Shown piece by piece: positions 9,978 through 24,150 of a stretch of DNA of 64,000 bases. The notes under the pieces were generated by a model. It was not told the origin of the DNA. It did not search any database and saw only the letters and a list, made by a program, of their open reading frames with translations. The position numbers and the translations under genes were made by a program. Source of the DNA: Cyanophora paradoxa CCMP329 (taxonomy: Eukaryota; Plantae; Glaucophyta); NCBI GenBank assembly GCA_004431415.1, contig QPMI01000056.1, positions 372,001-436,000 on the forward strand, read 5' to 3'. Position 1 is the first letter of the stretch. Each line of letters opens with the position of its first letter.

Positions 9978-10540
9978 CGAACGACAGGAACGGTGCTTGC
10001 TGCTCTTCTGGCGGCCGAAACGGGTCGGGAACTTGATTAAACATGGCTGCGGTCTATCAAAATGCGCCTCCAATGCTCTATTTAGCGCGCAGGAGCTGCG
10101 GGAGCTGCGTCTCGCTCTCAGAACGGGTACAGGAACGCTTTCGTTTACTCTACCCCTGCTCGAGTTCTCCCCGAGTCAGCAACAGTCACGAGTTCTCCCA
10201 ACATCGTCCGCGCCCCGGCTTCGAAGAAGATACAGCGATTTCACAAAGCATTTAACACACTTTCACCAAGTTTCACGTGGAAGAACGTGCTCGATCGCGC
10301 CGCCCAGGCAAGCACCAGGCACGGGGGTGGAAGCACTGCCTGGATACTGGCTTTCGCCCATTCATCCGTGTTCAGCGATCGCTTGGCCAATGAGAAGGCT
10401 GTGGACGTCAAGCCCGCGGCGACCGTTAGAACTGAGAACACAGAAGCGATCGCCGGCCCAGCAGCTCTTTGTTAGAGATCGGATCCGCTGGGTATGGCGC
10501 CGAACACAAAGCGATCGCCGAGCAATGAGAAGGCTCTATG
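9978..10540. mobile_element. Right part of element B re-entered by junction b1 (also 26895-27458)
   Basis: Matches ~8394-8957 including the right TIR. Confidence 0.75.
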
Positions 10541-11361
10541 CGCGGGGCAGAGATGTAGCGATCGCATTGAATAGAGAATCTCTATGCGAGCATGCCCACA
10601 GCGCTACGGGAGGCGGGCACGCACTGCAGGCGTTGGCGTTGGCTGGTGCGACGAACTTGAAGCAGCTCCTGCGCAAGCGATCGCCGGTCTCAGAGTAGAG
10701 CTCGAGCTTCAGATTCATGCGATACTGAACCCTTACCCGTTCATTCTGGACGGTGACGCGGAGATCAATCCTATCATCGGGGTAATTGATCTAAATTTCT
10801 GTTAGCAATGGCCACGTGCTGACTAGTACTCGGAGGCCCGTAAGTTGGCCCATCCATTGGCCCGGACCGTTGGCGTCCGTCGCCGTAACGGCCGCCCTCC
10901 CAGGAGACTGTTAATGACGCCATTATGACGGTACCGATGATACTTGACGCAGAATGGACCAATCGCGCAACGCCGGCCAAGCGTTTTTTCTCGCCGTCTA
11001 AAAATTCGTGGGCCGACTGATTTTCCCCGCCATGAGGCCGGTTTGGGGGTACACCCTCCGGGCGTGTCGACATCTCATCATAAGCCGGAGCACGCCGCGA
11101 TGGGCGCCCGAGCGCTGGGAGCAACGCATATGTGAGCCTCTCTCTTAGTGTGCGACCGTACGAAGTGCAAACTAGCTCCCTATGCGCCTGGAGCACTTTT
11201 TCAGCAATCCTGCGAAGTCCGCTGGGGGAGCCGACATCGACGTTCGACAGCGCAAGCCGATCTGTATGAGCGGCCTGTGAGCGAATCCCTCGCTCCCGGC
11301 GGTGCCTCAGCCGCGCGGACTCGATCTTGGCGGACCACGAGCGACCGACGGCGCCCCCGGT

Positions 11362-13540
11362 ATGCCGGTACGAGGCCTAGCTGGTGCGCATGGATTGCCC
11401 TGCGACAAGTTACGAAGGGCGTCGCGCGTATGCGCCTCCCTGACCCGCGTGACCGCAGAGTTCCTGAGGGACCGCGGTCTCCTCCGGACCGATTCGATAG
11501 AGGCGTTGCGAGGCACCTCTATAGGTGCGGCCTGGCATTTTCCTCTTTAGACGTTCGTCCTGGGTGCCGAAATACGAAGCACGGCTTGCAGGCATCGATG
11601 GCTACGTTTGGCTTCGGAAGCTCCAAATCCGGGAGCCGCTGCGAGAAGCGACGGGCGACGGGTGCGACCCGCCGTGGTGTCCTCGTCGCCTCCCGTTCCG
11701 CGGCGGATCGAATCGCGCGTGCGTGCATGCGTGCAGGTCGCAGGCGCTGCCGGTCGCGCTTTCGGAGCAGCTTCGGGTGTTCGAGGAGGCGGGAATCAAG
11801 CCCTGCTTCGTGTTTGCGGGGCTGAACATCCCGCGGAAGGAGCGCCCGTTCACGCAGCCCGACGATCGGCTGGCGGCTCGGCAGCGCGCCTGGCAGGAGC
11901 ACGCGGCCAACAACCTCCGGGCCGCAGTGGCGCTCTTCTCGCAGTCCGGTGCGGCCCGCGCTTGCCTGCCCGCCCACCCGCTGCGCCGCTGACGTTCGCC
12001 GTCAGCTTCGGCCGCGGTGGTATCCCCTGATCTCGTCGCTGACGTGATTCGATTCCTGCGGGGTCGCAATGCCGACGCGATCCGCGCGCCGTACCTCAGC
12101 TGGGCCCAGGTTCGCCGCCTTCCCCCCCTTTCACCTCGCCTCGCCCGCACCGAGCGCCGCCGCAGCTGGGGTACATGGAGGGCGACGACGTGCGGATGGT
12201 GGACGGGGTACACGCGCAGCTGGAAGTTCTGCTCTTTGGCGCCCGCCGCGTCATCGTCTCGCTCGACCTGGCGGTACCCTGCCCGACCTTCCCCCCCCCC
12301 GTCCCTCGCTCACCGATCGCCTCGTAGGAGGGTACCTTCGAGTGGGTCGACCGCGACACGGTGCTGGCAGCCGCTGGCGCCTCCGCGGATCAATTTCTGG
12401 ACGCCTGCCTTCTCTCCGGATTCGATTTCCTGGGCACGTTCCCGCCCCTCGCGGGACACCCCCTCCACCGTCCTCCCGGTGCCCTTCTTCCCCCACCGCA
12501 CCGGCACCCCGGTACCCCGACCGCGCTGACGTACCCCCAGCCGCGATCGACCTCGTCCTGAGGTACCGAACGGGGTACGGCGCCGTGCGGGCCATGATGG
12601 GCGGCAACGGGCCCTCCTCCCCGGACCGGTACAGTCCACAGCCTCTCCCAAAACCGTCCTTTTAACGTCGTACCCCCCACCTCAAAATAGCGGCGGGACA
12701 CGTACACGGACCAGTTCCTGCGGGCGCGGGCGCTGGTCCAACACCACGTGGTCCTCGAGCCCTCGGGCGCGCGGCCCTCAACGCCGCGCTCGCCCCCGCG
12801 TGCGCCCCACCGTACCCTCCTCCGAGCCTGAAACCAGAACTAGCGCTCCTTCCACTTTAGGACACAGGACTCCCCTAGCCTTCCCCTCTCTCGACCTCGC
12901 CCCGCCCCTGCCTAGCGGCTCTTGACCTCGCTCTTCTCGTTCCCCCACCGGACCCGCCCCATCCCGCCTAGAAACTAGAACTAGGGCAAGGGACCCGCTC
13001 TGCGGCTCGCCCCTCGTCCTGGCTCCCCCAGCCTAGCCAGCCCCCTCGGCCTCTTTCCCCTCCCCCCCACCCCCTCCCCCCCCCTCTCACCCCCCTCCAC
13101 GTACAGGGACCTGGACGAGGTGCTGGCCCGCGGCTGCCCGACGAGCTCTTCCACCTCCTCGCCGCCGGCTGCCTCGAGGTGATTGATCCTTACTGTTTGA
13201 TTTTGATGCAACATTACGTTACCTTCTAACGTTACGACCTTCTAACGTTACGACATACCTAAGACCTTTAATCTTTTGATCTTTAATGAGACCTAAGACT
13301 TTAGACGCCGCCGCGGCCGGCTGCCTCGAGGTGATCCATCCTGGACCTCCAACCTCGCCTCATCCACGCCTCGCCCCTCATCTCCTGGCGCGCTCACGCT
13401 CCCGCCCCTCCTCCTCCCTCGCCCGCCCTCCGCAGGCGTCGCTGCTGAGCGCGCTGGTGCTCGGCATGGACCGGGAGTTGCCCCCCCGTCGACTCCGAGG
13501 CCTACCGCGCGCCTCCGCCGGTGAGTCAAGCATCTAGATA
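11362..13540 (+). pseudogene. MKT1: 3'-truncated MKT1 copy (b2)
   Basis: Matches the full copy from the ATG to the intron after YRRASA. Confidence 0.88.
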
Positions 13541-16313
13541 GTGAACATAGTGCCAAAATGTCGCCCCGAAAAACACGTTTTTTAGCAGGATCGGAAGACA
13601 GCGCGCCCAGGCAGGTCCGAGGGGCGGTTCCGGACGGACCTACTGGCTCAGAGCTGCTTGCGCTGGCCCGCCGGGCGACGCCATAGTTGAGAGCTCGAGT
13701 CCCTGCGCGCCGCCTTACAGCTGCCGAGGATGGGGCGACGGCTGCAGAATTCGAAGATGAGTACCTCGGACAAGCGAAAGCGTGTAGCTAGCGCGCCGCC
13801 GGCGCCGCGGGTGAGCCGATGAAGCAAGCGATGTGTACTCCTCGCGTGCGCGGGCGCGGCGAAGACGCCTGCGGGTCGGCGTGGCGCCGCGGGGCTGAGC
13901 ACGGCGTGCGCGCGGCAGTGCGCATGCGCAGCGGACGGAATTCGCGCGCTGCATGCATGGCCGGCGCGCGGAAGTTCCTTTTTTTCCTATTCTTCCCCCT
14001 GCGCTTCTCCCCCCTGTTCATTCCCCCCTAAGTTAGCCACCGGTGGCTAACTTGCGATCGAAGGGTACAGAGTTCGGCCTCGTGAAATTGATCTCATACA
14101 AAACCAACGATGTCGTAGAACCCTAGACTATAGCTGCATGCGGAATCAGGCTATCTGCAGTCCTACAAAAGCCTTGCACCGCTGCAGTAGCCCTTTTGCC
14201 TGCTCTTCGTTCGCGAAGATGTCAGGACGCCCCGCGCGGGGCGCGCGGAACCACTCTGTGGACGTGACCACAAATGGTGCGCATGCTGTCGGATCGCGCA
14301 GGTGGTGGCCACTGCACACCACCCGACCCCAGCGCGCGCGGGGAGAACAGGACCTCCAGGACCCGGTCGACCCAACACTTTCGCTTTGAATGTAGACCCG
14401 GCGGTCGTGCGCAGCCCGTTGTTACTTTTGCAAGCGTCTCGACTCGAGCGCCACCTAACAGCATATTGAGAGCAGAATCGCAAGATAAGTTGCAGTAAGA
14501 AATGCACCGAGCTCAAGAATTGCAATTGCTTCAAAGCATTGAGCTCGTCCAGGGTCCGATCCCGGCAGTCAGGGGCGGGAGCTCGACGCTGGCGGCCGGC
14601 TCGTCGTCGTCGAAGAGGGCCGCCTGTGTAGGGCGGCCCAGCCCTGGCGCCCTGTGAACGAAGAAGCAAAGGAGAGAGCCGCTCAGGACTCGGAAAGTAA
14701 AGAAGCTCAGAGGAAAGACGCTCGCCTTGTCGGAGTCCCGCCCCTCCCCCGCACCCCGAGTCGGGCTTGACGTTGTAGTTCTCGAGGAGGGGGCGGACGG
14801 CGCCGGGGTACATGAGGACCGCCTGCCGCAGGAGGGCGGCGGCGAGGGCCGCGGCAGAGGGCGGGGCGGCGCGGCGAGGCGGGTCCAGCGTGTGCGAGAA
14901 GAGGCGCCGGAGGACCTGCCGCGCTTCAGTCTTAGAGGAGATTCGGAGGGGCGCAGGGCACCGGCTCGTCGACGGCGCGGCGCCGCCGTCCCGCGCCACG
15001 CGCATGAGCGCGTACGCTGCGAGCCCGGCTCGGCGCCAGGAAAAAAGGGGGAGAGGCTAAGTGGGGTACCCGAGGAGTTGAGGGCGATGGGGAGGAAGAG
15101 GGGCGGCTCCCGCCTCGAGAGGGCGGCTCCCGCACGAACGAGGCGGAGCGCCCGGGAGCGCCGGCGCCGCCACCAGCTCCAGAAGGAACTTGTACTCCTG
15201 AAGAAAATGAGGTGGGGGGGGGGGAAGTTGGGGGGGGGGGAAGGTTATGGGGTACCTGGCGCGGAGGGCGAAGTAGTCGATGCACTGGAGCACCCCATCA
15301 GGTCACTGTCGGGGTCCAGCGCAAGCAGCAGCTTGGCCGTCTCTGGAGGTACGACGTTCGGTTCGAATCCGAGTAGGGGGGAAGCGGTCGAGGGGTACGA
15401 GGGAGGTGCGGGAGCAGCCGCGCGAATGAGCATCTGCAGGCGCGGAAGACCAGGCCCTGGGGGTGGCGGGGTGAGTCCGGAGGAGGGTACAGGTTATCCT
15501 CGGGGTACAACGGGTTCTCTGCGCACTTGTTCTCCATGACTGCGAAGTCGAGGCGGCAGGCGCCGCTCGCCGCTTGAACTGCGGGTGCCTGCCGGGGACG
15601 GAGCTCAAAACCAAGTGAACGAACTGCAGCGCAACGCATCCTCCGCCCGCCGCCCGTGCCCGCGCCCGCCCGCACCAGGCTGCCTCGAGGCAGTAGAGGG
15701 CGCGGTCGAGGAGCTCGGTCGCCGCGTCCAGCTCGCCACTGTACTTGTAGATCTGAGGCCGGCCCGCCGGCTCAGGCCCCGGGCCAGCTTCGTGTGCTCG
15801 GGGGTTCGTGTGCTCGGGGGAGGGGCGGGCCCGGGGCCCGGGGCAGGGCCGGGGGGAGGGCGGGGCCAGGGGGAGGGCGGGCCCGGGGCCCGGGCGGGGC
15901 CGGGGGAGGGGCGCGCCCGGGCCCGGGCGGGCGGGGGGAGAGGCGGGCTGGGGAGAGGGCGGGCCGGGGGAGGGCGGGGCCGGGGGAGGCGGAAGGCGGG
16001 GCGGGGCCCTCCGAAGAGGGCTGGGAGAGGGGAAGGAGGTCCACGTCCTCCTTCCCCCCGAAGAGGGCACTCCGGGGGGTAGGGAGGTCCGCCTCCTCTC
16101 TCCGGGGTCAGCATGCTGCGGAGACGGGCATAAGACACCGAAAACCAGCGATCGCTTGGCCAATGAGAAGGCTGTGGACGTCAAGCCCGCGGCGACCGTT
16201 AGAACTGAGAACACAGAAGCGATCGCCGGCCCAGCAGCTCTTTGTTAGAGATCGGATCCGCTGGGTATGGCGCCGAACACAAAGCGATCGCCGAGCAATG
16301 AGAAGGCTCTATG
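13538..16313. mobile_element. Element A, left-truncated (b2); contains TCF25 fragment 14582-15752
   Basis: Same as 439-3244. Confidence 0.7.
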
Positions 16314-16612
16314 CGCGGGGCAGAGATGTAGCGATCGCATTGAATAGAGAATCTCTATGCGAGCATGCCCACAGCGCTACGGGAGGCGGGCACGCACTGC
16401 AGGCGTTGGCGTTGGCTGGTGCGACGAACTTGAAGCAGCTCCTGCGCAAGCGATCGCCGGTCTTGCGCGGGCAGAGATGTAGCGATCGCATTGAATAGAG
16501 AATCTCTATGCGAGCATGCCCACAGCGCTACGGGAGGCGGGCACGCACTGCAGGCGTTGGCGTTGGCTGGTGCGACGAACTTGAAGCAGCTCCTGCGCAA
16601 GCGATCGCCGGT

Positions 16613-18322
16613 CAGAGAGCCTTCTCATCGCTTCGGCGATCGCTAGGCCCTGGTACCGAGTACTCCGGGGCGATCGCTAGCGCGAACCGTCGGACGACGG
16701 ACGCGGCGCCGGCGATCGCTTGAAAAAGGCCCCGGCCCGATCCGAGCCCATGGCGGCGGGCATAGTGAACATAGTGCCAAAATGTCGCCCCGAAAACACG
16801 TTTTTTAGCAGGATCGGAAGACAGCGCGCCCAGGCAGGTCCGAGGGCGGTTCCGGGACGGACCTACTGGCTCAGAGCTGCTTGCGCTGGCCGCCGGGCGA
16901 CGCCATAGTTGAGAGCTCGAGTCCCTGCGCGCCGCCTTACAGCTGCCGAGGATGGGGCGACGGCTGCAGAATTCGAAGATGAGTACCTCGGACAAGCGAA
17001 AGCGTGTAGCTAGCGCGCCGCCGGCGCCGCGGGTGAGCCGATGAGCAAGCGATGTGTACTCCTCGCGTGCGCGGGCGCGGCGAAGACGCCTGCGGGTCGG
17101 GCGTGGCGCCGCGGGGCTGAGCACGGCGTGCGCGCGGACAGTGTCGGGCACCAGCGCAGCCCGCGCACCGCAGACACTTCAGATGCGCGCAAGAGACGAT
17201 GATGTAAAGCTAGCCGCCGTGAAAGCCTGACGGCAGATGAGCTGGCCGTGAAGGAAAGAATGCGCGGCGGTTGGCTGCGTGAGAGCGGACCGGAAGGATG
17301 CGACGCGACCCGCGCCGTTGTAGTCTGACATAACGGAGGTGTGTGTAGGCGAAACGAGGCGTCCCGCGTCCAGCGAAGCCTCCCGAACAGCGCGCGCCAC
17401 ACACACGCGCGGCCCACCGCCAGCGAAGCCGTCGTGGTCTCGAAAGCTCTGAAGCCGTACGGAGAGTAAGTGAGGGCGCGAAGAACGACATCAAAGACCG
17501 AGGATACCAGATCTCTTTGTGACGGCGATGGCGGACGCCCTGCTTAACGCCGGCTGGACGCGCTTATAGAGCTGGCGAAAGCGGAACTCGACGATGACGA
17601 TGATGAAGAACACGAGTGTGATGCTATGGTCGAGGAGGAGCCGTGCTGTAGTCGGGTGTAGCAGCCAAGGCGGCGGAGCTTCTGGCGCAGGCGAGGCGGT
17701 CGCCTGCCACAAGTAAGACGCAGTACGCAGGTCAGAAGCGAAATGGCCGACCAAGGCAAGCTGGAAGCTCGAACGACAGGAACGGTGCTTGCTGCTCTTC
17801 TGGCGGCCGAAACGGGTCGGGAACTTGATTAACATGGCTGCGGTCTATCAAAATGCGCCTCCAATGCTCTATTTAGCGCGCAGGAGCTGCGGGAGCTGCG
17901 TCTCGCTCTCAGAACGGGTACAGGAACGCTTTCGTTTACTCTACCCTGCTCGAGTTCTCCCCGAGTCAGCAACATCACGAGTTCTCCCAAATCGTCCGCG
18001 CCCGGCTTCGAAGAAGATACAGCGATTCACAAAGCATTTAACACACTTCACCAAGTTTCACGTGGGAAGAACGTGCTCGATCGCGCCGCCCAGGCAAGCA
18101 CCAGGCACGGGGGGTGGAAGCACTGCCTGGATACTGGCTTTCGCCATTCATCCGTGTTCAGCGATCGCTTGGCAATGAGAAGGCTGTGGACGTCAAGCCC
18201 GCGCGACCGTTAGAACTGAGAACACAGAAGCGATCGCCGGCCCAGCAGCTCTTTGTTAGAGATCGGATCGCTGGGTATGGCGCCGAACACAAAGCGATCG
18301 CCGAGCAATGAGAAGGCTCTAT
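16613..18322. mobile_element. Element B copy
   Basis: Both TIRs present. Many 1-nt deletions, probably low consensus quality. Confidence 0.72.
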
Positions 18323-19138
18323 CGCGGGGCAGAGATGTAGCGATCGCATTGAATAGAGAATCTCTATGCGAGCATGCCACAGCGCTACGGGAGGCGGGCA
18401 CGCACTGCAGGCGTTGGCGTTGGCTGGTGCGACGAACTTGAAGCAGCTCCTGCGCAACGATCGCCGGTCTCAGAGTAGAGCCGAGCTTCAGATTCATGCG
18501 ATACTGAACCCTTACCCGTTCATTCTGGACGGTGACGCGGAGATCAATCCTATCATCGGGGTAATTGATCTAAATTTCTGTTAGCAATGGCACGTGCTGA
18601 CTAGTACTCGGAGGCCCGTAAGTTGGCCATCCATTGGCCCGGACCGTTGGCGTCCGTCGCCGTAACGGCCGCCCTCCCAGGAGACGTTAATGACGCCATT
18701 ATGACGGTACCGATGATACTTGACGCAGAATGGACCAATCGCGCAACGCCGGCCAAGCGTTTTTTCTCGCCGTCTAAAAATTCGTGGGCCGACTGATTTT
18801 CCCCGCCATGAGGCCGGTTTGGGGGGTACACCCTCCGGGCGTGTCGACATCTCATCATAAGCCGGAGCACGCCGCGATGGGCGCCCGAGCGCTGGGAGCA
18901 ACGCATATGTGAGCCTCTCTCTTAGTGTGCGACCGTACGAAGTGCAAACTAGCTCCCTATGCGCCTGGAGCACTTTTTCAGCAATCCTGCGAAGTCCGCT
19001 GGGGGAGCCGACATCGACGTTCGACAGCGCAAAGCCGATCTGTATGAGCGGCCTGTGAGCGAATCCCTCGCTCCCGCGGTGCCTCAGCCGCGCGGACTCG
19101 ATCTTGGCGGACCACGAGCGACCGACGGCGCCCCCGGT

Positions 19139-22100
19139 ATGCCGGTACGAGGCCTAGCTGGTGCGCATGGATTGCCCTGCGACAAGTTACGAAGGGCGTC
19201 GCGCGTATGCGCCTCCCTGACCCGCGTGACCGCAGAGTTCCTGAGGGACCGCGGTCTCCTCCGGACCGATTCGATAGAGGCGTTGCGAGGCACCTCTATA
19301 GGTGCGGCCTGGCATTTTCCTCTTTAGACGTTCGTCCTGGGTGCCGAAATACGAAGCACGGCTTTGGCAGGCATCGATGGCTACGTTTGGGCTTCGGAAG
19401 CTCCAAATCCGGGAGCCGCTGCGAGAAGCGACGGGCGACGGGTGCGACCCCGCCGTGGTGTCCTCGTCGCCTCCCGTTCCGCGGCGGATCGAATCGCGCG
19501 TGCGTGCATGCGTGCAGGTCGCAGGCGCTGCCGGTCGCGCTTTCGGAGCAGCTTCGGGTGTTCGAGGAGGCGGGAATCAAGCCCTGCTTCGTGTTTGCGG
19601 GGCTGAACATCCCGCGGAAGGAGCGCCCGTTCACGCAGCCCGACGATCGGCTGGCGGCTCGGCAGCGCGCCTGGCAGGAGCACGCGGCCAACAACCTCCG
19701 GGCCGCAGTGGCGCTCTTCTCGCAGTCCGGTGCGGCCCGCGCTTGCCTGCCCGCCCACCCGCTGCGCCGCTGACGTTCGCCGTCAGCTTCGGCCGCGGTG
19801 GTATCCCCTGATCTCGTCGCTGACGTGATTCGATTCCTGCGGGGTCGCAATGCCGACGCGATCCGCGCGCCGTACCTCAGCTGGGCCCAGGTTCGCCGCC
19901 TTCCCCCCTTTCACCTCGCCTCGCCCGCACCGAGCGCCGCCGCAGCTGGGGTACATGGAGGGCGACGACGTGCGGATGGTGGACGGGGTACACGCGCAGC
20001 TGGAAGTTCTGCTCTTTGGCGCCCGCCGCGTCATCGTCTCGCTCGACCTGGCGGTACCCTGCCCGACCTTCCCCCCCCGTCCCTCGCTCACCGATCGCCT
20101 CGTAGGAGGGTACCTTCGAGTGGGTCGACCGCGACACGGTGCTGGCAGCCGCTGGCGCCTCCGCGGATCAATTTCTGGACGCCTGCCTTCTCTCCGGATT
20201 CGATTTCCTGGGCACGTTCCCGCCCCTCGCGGGACACCCCCCCTCCACCGTCCTCCCCGGTGCCCTTCTTCCCCCCACCGCACCGGCACCCCGGTACCCC
20301 CCGACCGCGCTGACGTACCCCCCAGCCGCGATCGACCTCGTCCTGAGGTACCGAACGGGGTACGGCGCCGTGCGGGCCATGATGGGCGGCAACGGGCCCT
20401 CCTCCCCCGGACCGGTACAGTCCACAGCCCTCTCCCAAAACCGTCCTTTTAACGTCGTACCCCCCACCTCAAAATAGCGGCGGGACACGTACACGGACCA
20501 GTTCCTGCGGGCGCGGGCGCTGGTCCAACACCACGTGGTCCTCGAGCCCTCGGGCGCGCGGCCCCTCAACGCCGCGCTCGCCCCCGCGTGCGCCCCACCG
20601 TACCCTCCTCCGAGCCTGAAACCAGAACTAGCGCTCCTTCCACTTTAGGACACAGGACTCCCCTAGCCTTCCCCCTCTCTCGACCTCGCCCCGCCCCCTG
20701 CCTAGCGGCTCTTGACCTCGCTCTTCTCGTTCCCCCACCGGACCCGCCCCATCCCGCCTAGAAACTAGAACTAGGGCAAGGGGACCCGCTCTGCGGCTCG
20801 CCCCTCGTCCTGGCTCCCCAGCCTAGCCAGCCCCCTCGGCCTCTTTCCCCTCCCCCCACCCCTCTCCCCCCCACCCCCCCCTCTCACGTACAGGGACCTG
20901 GACGAGGTGCTGGGCCCGCGGCTGCCCGACGAGCTCTTCCACCTCCTCGCCGCCGGCTGCCTCGAGGTGATTGATCCTTACTGTTTGATTTTGATGCAAC
21001 ATTACGTTACCTTCTAACGTTACGACCTTCTAACGTTACGACATACCTAAGACCTTTAATCTTTTGATCTTTAATGAGACCTAAGACTTTAGACGCCGCC
21101 GCGGCCGCTGCCTCGAGGTGATCCATCCCTGGACCTCCAACCTCGCCTCATCCACGCCTCGCCCCTCATCTCCTGGCGCCGCTCACGCTCCGCCCCCTCC
21201 TCCTCCCTCGCCCGCCCTCCGCAGGCGTCGCTGCTGAGCGCGCTGGTGCTCGGCATGGACCGGGAGTTGCCCCCCCCGTCGACTCCGAGGCCTACGCCGC
21301 GCCTCCGCCGGTGAGTCAAGCATCTAGATACTAGAACAATTAGAACAACGAGAACAACTAGATACTAGAACAAATAGACGCGCCTCACTCTAGAACAACT
21401 AGACTCGACTCCGAGGCCTACCGCCGCGCCTCCGCCGGTGAGTCAAGCATCTAGATACTAGAACAATTAGAACAACGAGAACAACTAGATACTAGAACAA
21501 ATAGACGCGCCTCACTCTAGAACAACTAGACTCGACTCCGAGGCCTACCGCCGCGCCTCCGCCGGTGAGTTAGTTAGTGAGTTGTTGTTGTTGTTGGAGC
21601 AACTAGAGCAACTAGATACTAGAACAATTAGAACAGCTAGAAGAACTAGATACTAGAACAAATAGACGCGCCTCCGCCGCGCCTCGATACTAGAACAACT
21701 AGACTCGACTCCGAGGCCTACCGCCGCGCCTCCGCCGGTGAGCGAGTGAGTTGGGAGTTAGTTGGAGCAATCGACACGATCGATACGTTAAAGCCGATCG
21801 ATACCAGAACAGCCAGCAACTGTTACTAGAACGATAAACGCCTCCTGATCGCTACTAGAACAGCTAGACGAACAATTAGAGCGTCGGCCCACCTACCGCC
21901 GCGCCTCCGCCGGTGCCGCTTGCACCCTCGCCCTCAACCTCCGCCGCACACATCTAGCCGATGAACGACGCTTCCGTCCCGTCCCGTCCTGACCCCGGCC
22001 CGGCCCCTCCTCTGCAGACTCGCTGACGATCCGGGCGACGGCGCTGGCGGCGCTGGCGGCGCCCCTGCCCGAGTCGCTGCGGGCGCGGCCCGTCTGCACC

Positions 22101-22479
22101 ATCCGCTGGTTCGACGCGGTGCGTGGAAGGGCGCTCCAGGGCGCCCCGCGCTTAGTGGCGGCGCCAGTCTGACCTCAGGCCCGCAGGTGACCGAGTACCC
22201 CCTGCCCCACGGGGAGGACCCCTTGACCGTCCGCGGGGTACGCGACCCGCCTCCATCCCTTCTTCTTCTTCTTCTTCTTCTTCTTCTCCGGTCCCTGAGG
22301 CGGGGGCCCTCGCAGGCCGGGGGCCGCGCCGAGCCGCTCTCGCCCTGGTGCCCCCCGCACGCCGACATCCTGGCCGAGGCCTCCCGCCAGGCGAGCGCTC
22401 CCCTGCCCCGGGCGAAGGGGCGGACGAACGCTCCTCCAGCGAGCGGGTGGGCGGGGCGGACGAACGCTCCTCCAGCGAG
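19139..22479 (+). pseudogene. MKT1: 3'-truncated MKT1 copy (b3)
   Basis: Matches the full copy to the intron after WCPPHADILAEASRQ, then joins the TCF25 fragment. Confidence 0.88.
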
Positions 22480-23851
22480 GGGCGCAGGGCACCGGCTCGT
22501 CGACGGGCGCGGCGCCGCCGTCCCGCGCCACGCGCATGAGCGCGTACGCTGCGAGCCCGGCTCGGCGCCAGGAAAAAAGGGGGGAGAGGCTAAGTGGGGG
22601 TACCCGAGGAGTTGAGGGCGATGGGGAGGAAGAGGGGCGGCTCCCGCCTCGAGAGGGGCGGCTCCCGCACGAACGAGGCGGAGCGCCCGGGGAGCGCCGG
22701 CGCCGCCACCAGCTCCAGAAGGAACTTGTACTCCCTGAAGAAAAATGAGGTGGGGGGGGGGGAAGTTGGGGGGGGGGGGAAGGTTATGGGGTACCTGGCG
22801 CGGAGGGCGAAGTAGTCGATGCAACTGGAGCACCCCATCAGGTCACTGTCGGGGTCCAGCGCAAGCAGCAGCTTGGCGTCTCTGGAGGTACGACGTTCGG
22901 TTCGAATCCGAGTAGGGGGGAAGCGGTCGAGGGGGTACCGAGGGAGGTGCGGGAGCAGCCGCCGCGAATGAGCATCTGCAGGCGCCGGAAGACAGGCCCT
23001 GGGGGTGGCGGGGTGAGTCCGGAGGAGGGTACAGGTTATCCTCGGGGGTACAACGGGTTCTCTGCGCACTTGTTCTCCATGACTGCGAAGTCGAGGCGGC
23101 AGGCGCCGCTCGCCGGCTTGAACTGCGGGTGCTGCCGGGGACGGAGCTCAAACAAGTGAACGAACTGCAGCGCAACGCATCCTCCGCCCCGCCGCGCCCG
23201 TGCCCGCGCCCCGCCCGCACCAGGCTGCCTCGAGGCAGTAGAGGCGCGGTCGAGGAGCTCGGTCGCCGCGTCCAGCTCGCCACGTACTTGTAGATCTGAG
23301 GCGGCCCGCCGGCTTCAGGCCCCGGGCCAGGCTTCGTGTGCTCGGGGGTTCGTGTGCTCGGGGGAGGGCGGGCCCGGGCCGGGCAGGGCCGGGGGAGGGG
23401 CGGGCCAGGGGAGGGCGGGCCGGGCCGGGGCGGGGCCGGGGGGAGGCGCGCCCGGGGCCGGGGCGGGCCGGGGGGAGAGGCGGGGCTGGGGAGAGGGGCG
23501 GGGCCGGGGGAGGGGCGGGGCCGGGGGGAGGCGAAGGCGGGGGCGGGGCCCTCCGAAGAGGGCTGGGAGAGGGGAAGAGGTCCACGTCCTCTCTTCCCCC
23601 CGAAGAGGGCACTCCGGGGGGTAGGGAGGTCCGCCTCCTCTCTCCGGGGGTCAGCATGCTGCGGAGACGGGCATAAGACACCGAAAACCAGCGATCGCTT
23701 GGCAATGAGAAGGCTGTGGCGTCAAGCCCGGCGACCGTTAGAACTGAGAACACAGAAGCGATCGCCGGCCCAGCAGCTCTTTGTTAGAGATCGGATCCGC
23801 TGGGTATGGCGCCGACACAAAGCGATCGCCGAGCAATGAGAAGGCTCTATG
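22477..23851. mobile_element. Right part of element A (b3); TCF25 fragment 22477-23295 on the minus strand
   Basis: Starts at gaggggcgcagggcacc within a TCF25 exon and ends at the right TIR. Confidence 0.7.
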
Positions 23852-24150
23852 CGCGGGGCAGAGATGTAGCGATCGCATTGAATAGAGAATCTCTATGCGA
23901 GCATGCCCACAGCGCTACGGGAGGCGGCACGCACTGCAGCGTTGGCGTTGGCTGGTGCGACGAACTTGAAGCAGCTCCTGCGCAAGCGATCGCCGGTCTA
24001 TGCGCGGGGCAGAGATGTAGCGATCGCATTGAATAGAGAATCTCTATGCGAGCATGCCCACAGCGCTACGGGAGGCGGGCACGCACTGCAGGCGTTGGCG
24101 TTGGCTGGTGCGACGAACTTGAAGCAGCTCCTGCGCAAGCGATCGCCGGT

